From assembly GCA_000182565.2 (NCBI GenBank), contig KQ257472.1: a stretch of DNA of 64,000 bases; one strand, given 5' to 3'. The stretch's first letter is position 1. Every line of letters begins with the position of its first letter. The stretch is from Spizellomyces punctatus DAOM BR117 (lineage: Eukaryota). Below the pieces are notes generated by a model. It saw only the letters and a list, made by a program, of their open reading frames with translations. It ran no database searches and had not been told where the DNA came from. Both the position numbers and the translations under genes were made by a program. Of the stretch, positions 51,953-64,000 are shown one piece after another.

Positions 51953-53517
51953 CTAGTAGGTATTTTTATATTTGCTCGGGCGACTTGAGCTTCCATGTCG
52001 CAACTTGTGGGATGCCGCATGCCTAAAGAGGTTCGGGCTGCCTCTCTGACGACTCTATTATTGAAGAGAACGAGATATGGGTTGATTGCCTGCGCGAACC
52101 AACGGAGGATATATCATTTCTGGGAATTGGACTCGCGACCGATACATAGTGAAGGTTGTCGACGTTCTTACCGTACAGCCCACAATGCCAATCATTGCCA
52201 TAATATCAAGCCACACAGGAGATTCCTTTTCAGTTGATACTTGGTAAAGTGTGCTAATGGCGTAAGTTCCCCACCCCAGCGTAAAGGCTCCCATCATGAC
52301 GACAATGCTCAAGATCAGACCTATCATATATAACCTAGAGTTAACGTCAAAGACGCCCAGGTTCCCTGATACCCGCGACTCTTACTTTTCTCCTTCTTCA
52401 TCAGCCGCAGCTTCGTTTCATGTTGATCCTCTTCGAGAATACTGACCATGTCGCCCCATCGTGTCTGCGATCGGTTTAGAGCGGTTATCAATTTTTGACG
52501 GGTCCGTCGCACTTTTCTGAAGATGAAGATATCTACGGATTGGGGGTAGAATGGGCTATCAGCAAGCGTCGAGGCATATTTTGAAATTTCAACAAATACT
52601 TACAGCACACCATCATAATCGCCGGAAAGCTGAGGCAATGAATACATGTCATCAACCCGATGGCTCGGTGAACTGAGTGCCTGTCGAAGAAGGGAGGTAT
52701 GCAGTACATTCGAGATGCAGACAAAACAGTTCCCTTGGGTCCGACAAACAGCGATATCATTGAGAAACCTAAGGCAGGTGTGAATCACAATCTTCGAGCC
52801 GAAGGTAACTCGGGGGAATAACAGTAGACGTACTTGTGCTGTATAACCACGACGCTGCAATCATAGCATAATAATGTTTGTCATGAAGAACCTTTCCCAT
52901 CACTAAATGATACCTTGAATTCGTAGAGCATGAGCTATATTTCATTCTTACAGGAAAGCTGACAACCCACTTACCATCGCTCAAATCCAATGAGCGCAAA
53001 TGTTGACATGTTGGCGAGAATGGCTGCCAGCCGAATACCGTTCACTGCTTGGCATAATTTGTAATGGGCTGCCCAACCACCCCGTGAGGCTGTAGAAGAT
53101 CCCGCAATACGTTGGTGAATTTGGACCTGACATCGTCCTCCTCCACTATAATCCAGTCTCTTACCATTCCATATCTGTTCAATCAACTCGGGAGCTACCC
53201 ATGCCATATCAGCGATCGTTATGTTCAGGATCTAAAATAGAAAATTTAGATTTCCCGGCCCGAGCAACGTTGACCGGCACCAACCATCAGTAGCCGAGGC
53301 GTTCGCAACATCCGATGTTTTGAAAAGAGCCATATCAAAATGGAGTCGCCCACAAGACCGACAGAATTCTGATATGACAATCAGTATTGGTACTTGTCAT
53401 AAATGGGTTTACTGTCCTTACGATGACGAATGCCCCCACATATATGGCCAGTTCAACTCGACTAAATGGAAACCACTCTCCTTTCCATTCCATAATTGGT
53501 ACCTTTAGTGCTGACAT
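51953..53517 (-). CDS. Class A (rhodopsin-like, opsin-related) seven-transmembrane GPCR, 7 exons
   Basis: Spliced product: TM1 AIYVGAFVI|NSVGLVGDSILIWLF-SKHRMLRTP; TM2 LLM|ILNITIADMAW; TM3 LCQAVNGIRLAAILANMSTFALIGFERW; TM4 AMIAASWLYS; ECL2 SRMYC; TM5 CLSFPAIMMVCYIFIFRKVR; TM6 EKSLILSIVVMMGAFTLGWGTY; TM7 MIGIVGCT|AINPYLVLFNNRVVREAA. Confidence 0.85.
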
Positions 53518-54255
53518 GTTGCTTAGGTTGGGTGCCGTTATCCCCTGGGTTGCAATTTCATGTAAAATGGGTCATCGCCAAAAGTCTCTAGCCAAAGCTA
53601 TCTACGGACGGTCAACCAAAGAAGGAGCGGACAAGGACATAGTCATGATGCAACTGTTTTGTTTTTTTATGTCGGCTAAATGTACCATCAGGCTGGCATG
53701 ATATCAAATAGCAACAGCGAACACAAATGAAAGGAGTGTCCATGTTTAGGTCATTCTGTTCTCGCATATATACAACCACTTTTCCCAATACGTTCTGCCA
53801 AATCGGCATGCTCGCCCTGGTAATCTAAATTAACTTGGCCACATCAACCCATCACCCACGACTGTCAAAATACGTAGTTTGCAGTAATGTCGCTGGAACA
53901 AGCTGGAAGGCTACTGTCGCGTGTTCTTGGCATCTACCTGATGATGAAATCGGAGCACGGCCCGAAATCAGACTTGGAAGACCGGCTGAGTAGTGTCTGG
54001 CAGCTGAAAATCAACCATTGTTGGGTTTCTACTGGTTGACATGCTCATGCAGTCAAGAACCGCCGAATTTCAGGCGAACAGCCGTGATCCACTTGGAGTA
54101 TTCAACTTGTCCAAAACAGCAAGCATTTTGCACGAGGAAAGGGTCGCTTGGACCATCGCACTCACGAGGAGTGGCGCAGCGCTCACCTTCGCGTGCGTTT
54201 ATAAAGGCGCAATCAAGGCGAAACTCTTGTTGAGCGCCCACCCCAACTGTCCATC

Positions 54256-54780
54256 ATGGCAGAAAAGTGGAAACCGCCGCGGGGTGGCAGCTTCACCTGG
54301 GTTGAAATTCCAGTAAATGTAAGTTATGTCTTGGTCGCTATTGTCTGGTTCATTTGCCATGACACGGAATGATAGGACATGGAGCGTGCCAAGGGCTTTT
54401 ACAGCCAAGTCTTCAACTGGACTTTTGCGGACAGTGGCACAGATGATTCTCTTTTAATCAACCGGGACCGAGAAGACGAAGGTGAGGCACAAGTATTACA
54501 AAGAAAATGTCTACTATGGATTGCATCTGAAAGCTCTTCAGTCCGAGGCGCCATCATTCGTACATGCGAAAATCTCGAACACAAGGTTGCTCCTTTGGTT
54601 TATCTTTACTCCCACGACATTGACAAGCACGTGTCTGCCATTGAGAAGCACGGCGGGAAGATTGTCAAGAGCAAGTACTCGTTGGTCAATGACAGAGGCA
54701 TCGTATCCGTGTTCCAGGATACGGAGGGAAACAAGCTGGCGCTTTACCATCATCCATCAGCAGACAACTATGAAGCTTAA
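54256..54780 (+). CDS. VOC/glyoxalase/bleomycin-resistance family protein, 2 exons
   Basis: GSFTWVEIPV..DMERAKGFYSQVFNW..PLVYLYSHDIDKHVSAIEKHGGKIV..FQDTEGNKLALY. Confidence 0.85.
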
Positions 54781-55119
54781 ATGACAGTTACTAACTAGCA
54801 GGGTGCAAATGTCATCGTTCATAATACAATGCCAGTAACAAAATCAACGCCTTGATCTAGGCTATCTCCCATATATTTGTGGTCATCTCATATGATGCTG
54901 TAAATAAAAGACAACAACATCCCTTCGTTAGATTCGTTACTTACTGCAAGTCATGGCGTGATCACGTAATTGCATTCGTTTAACTATTTTTAGAATATTA
55001 AATGCCACTGAATCCAATATATTGCGGTTTGTTTCATAATTTGTCCTCGATGATATGCAGTTGGCACAGCGCTGAACGAACTGATTCTTCCCTCTCTCCT
55101 CGTGTCATCACATATCAAG

Positions 55120-55967
55120 ATGGTAAGTTTACATACACAAGGAGAGTGAAAGGACGAGATATGCGAACGACAGAAAGAATATGCAGACGCGGGATGGTTG
55201 GACGATTGGTGCGACGGGTAGATGGATGGATGGATGGATAGATGGATAGATGGACGAACGCTCGAGAAGGATGCGGATTGGGCGTTAGCGTGTACCAATG
55301 AGTGGCATGTCCATGGAGGTCTACAATTGTACCTGGATAGACGATTTCAGGATTGAAATGGGAAGGGGCGATAGTAGCAGCAGTGCTTGCAAGAATGTCT
55401 AGGATCGACTTTGGGCTATTTTGTTGGATGGGGATGATATGAATTGTTCAATGTCTGACCTACTTCCGTTCGACAGGCTAAGGCTGCTGACAAGAAGGCG
55501 ACAAAGCCCACCTCAAGCGGTGGTGGTAAGAACAAGAAGAAGGTTCGTAGACACGCTTTCTGGCCTTTTGAGTACGGTCGATTAACTGGACTTCTGTGAG
55601 TAGAAGTGGTCCAAGGGAAAGGTGAAGGACAAGGCCAACAACGCCGTTGTCTTTGACAAGACCACCTACGACAAATTGTTCAAGGAGGTCCCCACCTACA
55701 AGCTTGTTACCCCCTCCGTCCTTGTTGACCGTCTGCGTATCAACGGTTCTCTTGCCCGTATCGCCATCCGTGAACTCGAGGCCAAGGGTTTGATCCGCCT
55801 TGTCGACCACCACAACTCCCAGCTTATCTACACTCGTGCTACCAAGGTAAGATTTGATATTGGTGACGATTGTGTATGGTACAGCAACTTACATATTTGC
55901 CGTTATGTAGGCCGACGACGTTGAGGAGAAGGGGGCTAAGAAGGCTGAGGCGGCTGATGAGGAGTAA
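55120..55967 (+). CDS. RPS25: 40S ribosomal protein S25 (eS25); the first exon ends at the ATG
   Basis: [76 protein letters not shown]. Confidence 0.96.
55216..55256 (+). repeat. (GATG/GATA)n microsatellite in RPS25 intron 1
   Basis: gatggatggatggatggatagatggatagatggacg seen directly. Confidence 0.8.
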
Positions 55968-56363
55968 ATCCCTTTCTTGCCTGTACATTTTAATACATTG
56001 CTCTTGGGAAACTGGGTGGCCATTACTGGTTGGCGTTTAAAGTGACCAACTGAGACTCTAGTCTTCAGTGGTAAATGACGTATTACTGGGAGAGGAAGGT
56101 ATGGTCGTCCGCAACGCAATTGTCGAAGTACCCCGCCGTATATATTTTCGCCACAATATGGTATTGTGTGTGACTCAACGGCGAAGGGAAGAGCAGACCC
56201 GCAGAATCGCTACCACTGTGACGAACCGTGTCCTAGGGTTGATAGTAGGCTGCGATATATTTCACTTTCAGATGGAAGGATGATAAAGACTGCATGATGT
56301 TCATTGGCTTATATGTCTTGCACTCATTATCTGCTTTCGTGATCATTTCAACACGTATGTAAT

Positions 56364-57116
56364 TTATATTTCTGATGACACCTGCCTGATTCCCTCTAAA
56401 GGCAGTGGTGTCCTAGTTGGATTTGTGTTTAGATTCAAGGTACTGCTACTGCTCAATTCTTTTTGAAGCGCGCTGTGTCCTCTTAGTGAACCCTTCAACG
56501 TCGTCGCCCATGGTAGCGTGCCACTGCTACTGATGGAGTTGCGTTTTTGCTGTGCGGAAGATGCTGTCGAATTGATGACCGTAAGTGTCCGGTCAAGAGT
56601 ACGAGAAAGCTCGGCATTTTTCTGTTCTAGCTTATTGGATCGCATCCGCTCCTCTGCTACCATCCGATTCGCCTCTTCAAAAAGGCTCTGTGAGAGTTGT
56701 TCAAGTTCCGCCAGGAGGTCTTCCTTTTCTAGCTGCAGCCGTTCGTGATTTGTGGCCTATCTTGCAGTTTAGTAATCGTGAACTTTGACATAATCAGTCA
56801 AATCGCAACGAACCAGTGCTTTGCACAGGTCCTCCCGTTCCCGTAGCTCCCACCGCAGACGAGCATTTTCTGCTTTCATCCGCTCCATATCATCCATGAT
56901 CTCCTTCTTTTCGGCTTCATTAGCGGTACACGACGCGCATTGGTTACTGCCGCTCGTCCATCCCGTCCACAACTTATTCAGGGGCCAGTTCCATCCATGC
57001 GTGTGTTCTCGCTTTCTACGTCCATCGCCCTTGCTTTGGTGGGAGTGTTCATCTTCGAATCCTCTGGATGCGGGCAGGCGATGAGAGATGTACTGGTCTT
57101 CTTCGTGCTCAAACAT
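56364..57116 (-). CDS. Hypothetical coiled-coil protein (start uncertain)
   Basis: EKKEIMDDMERMKAENARLRWELREREDL..RMVAEERMRSNKLEQKNAELSRTL across one intron. Confidence 0.5.
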
Positions 57117-57443
57117 TAAGACGGTGTTAGCCTGTATCTATCAGAGTATGGTGACAAGAAAGTATCAGATTCATTTCGGGAACGCCGCTGTCCAGTTTGG
57201 TGCCGAGTGGGAGACCTGCTTTCAATGGAGTGGCTTGCTCGAATTACCTAATCGGCTATATCCGTGCGTTCAATTTATAGCCAAAGTGACTCACCCAGCA
57301 GATCACCATTTGACTTTCCAATCGTTGCCCATCGTACTAGATTTCGTCTCCTCCAGTAACCGGTTATTGCTTTGTTTTCATCCAATTCTCCACAAGTCTC
57401 TTGATATCGATTGAATCTTCCTTCAACCTGTTGGGCTTTTCAG

Positions 57444-58949
<1,506 letters not shown>

Positions 58950-59093
58950 TTCAATATCTTACTCTGTATAAATATTCCCATACAGGGGAAGACACCTTGA
59001 GGTTCACCTTCTCTGATAAGATCGCCTGCCTGCTGCATCAGTAATATAAAGCTGGATTTGGTTCAGATATCTATGTATGCATATATTGCAGAG

Positions 59094-60214
59094 TCATTCA
59101 CTGGTATCTTCATCACTATCACTTGGATACGCCGACAGCAGCCCAAGTGGATTTGGTGTAGTCTCTTCCGCTCTCCGTGAGCTTGTGGGCTTGGAGGACC
59201 CATTCACGTCTTTCGCACCTTCCACATTGTCAGGTTGCTCCACTTTCCCATCCCCGCCTTTTGCGCGCTTTGTCGTCCCACGTGTATCGTCCGCCCCTTT
59301 GTCTCCATGTGATTTTTGGTTCGAACTGTCCACGCTTTCTGATTTGCGCTTCCGTACAATCCCATTCAATAAGGAGCTTTGGAAATCACGGGCAGCGGGT
59401 ATCTTTTTGGCAGGTGCGGGTTTTGTGTCGGCGACCAACTGGATGTGATCCGCAGGGGACGCAACTTCCGATACTGCCTTCCGAAAAGCTTCCAGTTCCC
59501 GTCGGTCATTCGCAGCTATCTCTTTTCGTCGCTTGGTTTCTTCATCGTCGTATGCTGATAAAAATTCATACTCCTCTGATCGTGCGATTTATAAGACCAG
59601 CTGACATGGTGTCAGAATGGATATTAAAGATACCCACCATCGTCTAGCCGTTTTACCAAGTTGCCTGATATATGGAAATATTGGTCATTAAGGCGCTATA
59701 GGAATTCCAACCCTGCATGTGGCCACTCACTGAATCTCATCTTTTCCGCAAATTCTGATTAAATCGCGCATGGGATCAATTGAAGAGCTCACATCTTCAA
59801 GAACGCCACAAAGATGCAATAGAACGCTGCAACCAGAACACACCTTCCTCCTCAATCCTCTTTCTCTCTGCAGGACCAATCTGGGATTAACAAATAAGGT
59901 AAAAGAAAACACGGATTCGAAAATAAACAAAAAACACGAGGGTGAGCCATTTCGCGCTACACTCCATCCCTAAAACATACCCGCCAGTCGTTCATAAAGA
60001 GGTCTTGGGTCATAGACTTCTTCTTCCTTGACAGGCTCTGCATGCTGAGGTGTTGGTAGCTGTTTTGAAGGCAACGTATGCCTGCCCCAGTACCTTGTCC
60101 TAGCGCCTTTGCCTCGGCATCGCGCTCCTCGCGCGCTGCTTGCAGCGCAGCTTCGGTGACGAACTTTCCACTCATGGCCACCGCCGATACGTTCCCACCG
60201 CCAAATTCGGACAT
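59094..60214 (-). CDS. FAM192A/NIP30 (PSME3IP1)-like protein
   Basis: KFVTEAALQAAREER..EEEVYDPRPLYERLA; C-terminal LGLLSAYPSDSDEDTSE. Confidence 0.8.
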
Positions 60215-60383
60215 TGTTCGTTTGCTCGTCAACAGTTTTTGAACAGCAGATCTCTGGATCCAACAAGAAGCATTGTAGCCTTGGTGCTGTGCCGCTGACA
60301 GTTGCTATAACAACGAACGTAAACATATCCGCTTGTTTGTGTACTCTAACAATGTGTACAGTGATGTTTTAGGATAATACCAC

Positions 60384-62803
60384 CTAGTATTTATGGCGGA
60401 AATTGCATTTCAGCAAATAACTAGTAATGGGAAAGGAAAGTAAGATAAATAATTCATTGATGCGTTAGGAATAGCGCAGAGGCAAACTGTTGCTCACCGG
60501 ATTCGAACTTGCGCGACATCATACACGATGAACTCATTGTAAAGCAGTGCAGCGTCAGATACACCGCTAGTAGTACTTTGACCGCAAGGGACCGTCACGT
60601 CCTTATCCTTTGGCAGTTTCACAGCACCGGCCGGATCAGGCATGGTCTCGCCAAGACCATGAGTTGACTGGCAATTTTCCTGCTTGCACCTCGCTCCTGC
60701 ATCATAATCGGCCTGCTTCAAGCGCAGTTGCTCGCCAAGAGCCACCTCGCACAGAAGGAGAATTCCGGTAGGTGCACGTCGAGAGGTGCAGCAATAATTG
60801 GCTGACTTGGAAACCATATCTGCGAAATATATACCCTTGCCAAACCTAGTATCCCAGATAGATAAGCACAAGAAGACGGACAGACGTACGTACATAGCTG
60901 CAGACACTTACATGTAACCGGTAACAGGTGCCTCTGGTGGAGCGATTCGAAGCCCTTGACTGAGAATTCCAACGAAGTTGGTCAGTCGGCTCCCGTGCCA
61001 TAACAGCTGCCTATTGGGTAATTTCTTGAAGCGATCATCCTCCCCATGTCGACTGACCTGTTAATGACAACAGGTTGAGCCCACGAGACAGGAGTTATTG
61101 AGAAAAACAGACACAAAGCACCTCAAAGAGATCTTCAATCTCCAATTCATAACCTCTGTGAGTGGGAGCGTGCGTGTTCTCCAGGTACTTTTTGACCAAT
61201 TGGTAATTATCGCTTTTGGCATCCACGGGAACCAAATCTGTTTTAAGTGTGCTATAGTGAAGATCCACCGGGTTTTGGTCCAAGATCTTGTTGGTAGCGG
61301 AAAGGATTGAGGTAGCAATCTCAATGTCACCAAGAGCTTCCACCATCTCGAGCTTCCGCTTTAGTAATTGGGGACTGTCGATGATCGGAGGACGTGACAT
61401 GCCAAACTCGTGAGGAATGATAGTGTAGAATTGAGAACTGTAATCGGACAAAATGTTTCGATCTGGTCCCGGCTTCGTGAGCTCGTCAGATATTTTAGCC
61501 AAAACCGCGTAACCCTTTTCAATGTTCCCTTTGCTGAGTTTGCCTAGGGGCATCTTCTTGGCGTCATATCCAATTTCTACCATGGACTGTGTCATCATAT
61601 CGACATTGAAGATAAGTTTAATGAGATCCTGCACTGCCGGTGGAAGCTTGGAGTCAGGGATGATGCGTTCTTCTTTGGTCCCTTCCTCGACTTTCTCATT
61701 CACTTCCTCTTCATCATCGCCAAAGTCTCGCTCCAACAGGAAATACTTCCCAGGAATCTTATTGAAGTTGGCGCGGTCTGACCAACTATTCCGGCTCTTG
61801 TCATAAAACTTCTTGTGAAACCCTCTGATGGATTGTTCTTTGGAAAGCGCTTCAAGCTTGTTCATTCCGTTTTGACCAACTCTTCCCCATCTGGGGTCAT
61901 GAAAATCAAAAATGCTTCTACTGGAAGTTTACAAAGACAGCAGTTACCTGGTCCACAAGTAGTAATTTCGCCCAGCATCTTCCTCCAACACTTGAATGAT
62001 GTAGAATTTATTGTTGTTGGCCTTGATTTCGGTTTGATTGAGCAATGCATCTAATCAGATGACAAAAGTGAGAAGACATGATCCAAAACATTACAATGCA
62101 AACAGCAATACCTACCATATACATCAGTCCCATCTTCATAAACATGGCACTTACTCGCCACCGGACACAAATGGTCCACTGCCTATTAGCTCAATGAAAT
62201 AGTGTTAAGGTTTAGCCTTGCAACGTGGATTTGATTGCTCTTTACCGCTCTGCCCTTTTTGATAGCTTTGACTATCTTGACCTCTTGGGGAGGCTCGGCG
62301 GTCTCGTCCTCGTCCTCGTTCACCTCGGCTTTCTTCCTCTTTTTGCTCTTTTTCTCTCCGTTGGCCACATCCGGCAAGGTCGAATCAATATCATCGGCAT
62401 CCTTCTTATCATCACTCTTTCCATTCACGTTTCCATTGCTCTGGTCCACTTTAACAACACTGTAAGAAGCGGGGTCCACTAGTTTGCCTTCGGCTGCTGA
62501 GTCCAGCACAAACTGCAAGGAAACAATGGCAACGTCGGAGCGGTGTCGCGCATCGCGTACTTTTGCTGGTACTTTGGCAACAGTAAAGTCTTCCGGTACC
62601 GCCACTAAGTGAGTGAGTTTTTGAGAGACGGTCGTGACCACCTTGCCCCCACCGTCCTTGAACACTTTTTGCACCTCCTTCGCAAGGGGGTCTTTCGAGG
62701 CTAAAGTGGTGAGAGTGAGGGTAGACCCAACAAAAATTTGTGGAGTAGCGGAGGGAGTAGGCGCGGCAGCAGCAGCTGCAGAGCTTCGCGTTGTTCGTGG
62801 CAT
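60384..62803 (-). CDS. PARP1: Poly(ADP-ribose) polymerase (BRCT-WGR-regulatory-catalytic; fungal PrpA/PARP2-like)
   Basis: BRCT ([16 protein letters not shown]); [73 protein letters not shown] (H-Y-E triad intact). Confidence 0.95.
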
Positions 62804-62959
62804 GGAAGATGCTTGTAGTTGAAGCTAGATGCCGTGAGCGTAAACAATGAGCATTTTGCCCGCCGATCGTGAGTCAGATTTCATTAAGCTGATTTTGGAC
62901 AAATGAGCTCGGTTTGGTGTCCGACAGCTCGCCTAGCGAAGCAACAACAGACAAAGAAC

Positions 62960-63565
62960 ATGGATGAAGCGATAGCATTAGCGGCAGATGCCTCTGAAGC
63001 TCCAATAAGGGCGCTACATCTATTGCCTTGTCAGATCGATTACGATGGAGAAGCCGCTATCGACTCATTCTTTATCGTTAAGCCGGAAACCAAAGTTGCG
63101 CAAACAAACCAAGGTCTGTATTCAGCCATAAGCAACTTCAGCTGTGAAGACCATATTGACAACTGCGATTACTAGTCACATATCAGTCGACATTTCGTGG
63201 GAGAGGTCTTCGAGGTGTAGAGGTTAAACCACCGAGTCGGTACGAGGGTATGCACAACTGGTCACTTCTCGATAAAACCTCAATATCCAGAAAGTGCCAT
63301 AATGATGAAAGCTGGCTTAGGAGCAATATACCGGGAATCTCGTCCCCCACCCGACATTATGGAAGAACGATATCTAGCGCTCAGTGGCTCATTTAGCTCG
63401 ATCACTACCTGGGGACACAGCGAACTACCAACTCCTTTCAGCAACAACCTTTTGAAGGCAATGACATGGCTGGACGTGACAGAGGACGTAAGAATCATTT
63501 GGGCTCGCTCACAGCTTGCGAATACTTACGCATTTTTTCACTAGCTGCATGCTCATGTTGAATAG
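62960..63565 (+). CDS. RNH203: Ribonuclease H2 subunit C
   Basis: LHLLPCQIDYDGEAAIDSFF; STFRGRGLRG; FSSITTWGHSELP; KAMTWLDVTED|LH. Confidence 0.88.
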
Positions 63566-63733
63566 GACTAATGCCATAACTCGAATTGTACGCGGACCAT
63601 TGATAATCTTGTATGGTATATGGCATACATTCCAATATGGACTTGTACAATATCTTCACGCTACCTTATCTACATGTAAGCAAGCCAATAAACGCAAGCT
63701 AGACTCAACCATATGTACAGCATATGGCGCCTA

Positions 63734-64000
63734 TTACGAATCCCCCAAGTACATATTTTCCGCAGCAGCCCTCTCTGCTGTCTTCACCTACAAACCAATG
63801 ATACTCTTAATGACATACTCAAGTGATAATTCGCAATGAAATATATCATACCATTCCGTTGGGCGCATCCAGCTTGGGGGTGACGACCTCCAGGATGTGA
63901 ATTGCGTCCTTCTGAGCAAATGCTTGGCTCAAGGCTGCCTCGACCTCCCCCTTCTGGGTTATGCGACGCTGAAGGCCGATTTTGGAGACGAGTTCCTTAT
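63734..64000 (-). CDS. PDC1: 3' end of a TPP-dependent pyruvate decarboxylase-like gene (partial)
   Basis: ..GEVEAALSQAFAQKDAIHILEVVTPKLDAPNGM|VKTAERAAAEN..* resembles the PDC C-terminus (IEVMLPVFDAPQNLVEQAK). Confidence 0.6.

Noticed and set aside
51953-53517. Functional photoreceptor opsin
   Set aside because: No Lys at the position seven residues before the TM7 Pro, and no acidic counterion at the usual sites

Overview
This is a gene-dense eukaryotic window with short GT-AG introns (mostly about 50-80 nt). I could reconstruct about 34 protein-coding genes by manually splicing ORF fragments. The gene content and intron style point to an early-diverging fungus, most likely a chytrid (Spizellomycetales-like); that assignment is an inference. 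Housekeeping genes include RPS16, RPS25, histone H3, succinyl-CoA ligase beta, a Hrp1/Musashi-like RRM protein, MOB1, Tho1/SARNP, VID27, RPC11, PheRS beta, PCID2/CSN12, a mitochondrial carrier, PARG, kexin, CSN5, FAM192A, PARP, RNase H2 subunit C and a partial pyruvate decarboxylase. The most unusual genes are an opsin-like class A GPCR hidden across seven small exons (no retinal lysine, Arg at 3.32), an intron-containing bacterial-type MscL with a CxxC/CxxC tail, an SH3-septin fusion with an altered G3 motif, an LEA-like/MAPEG fusion, an alpha/beta-hydrolase-RNA-phosphatase-like fusion, a membrane-anchored yellow/MRJP protein and an ARM + tandem-SPRY protein. I found no tRNA, rRNA, CRISPR array or transposon. 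Coordinates of multi-exon genes are hand-derived start-to-stop spans, and family calls come from motif recognition, not database searches.
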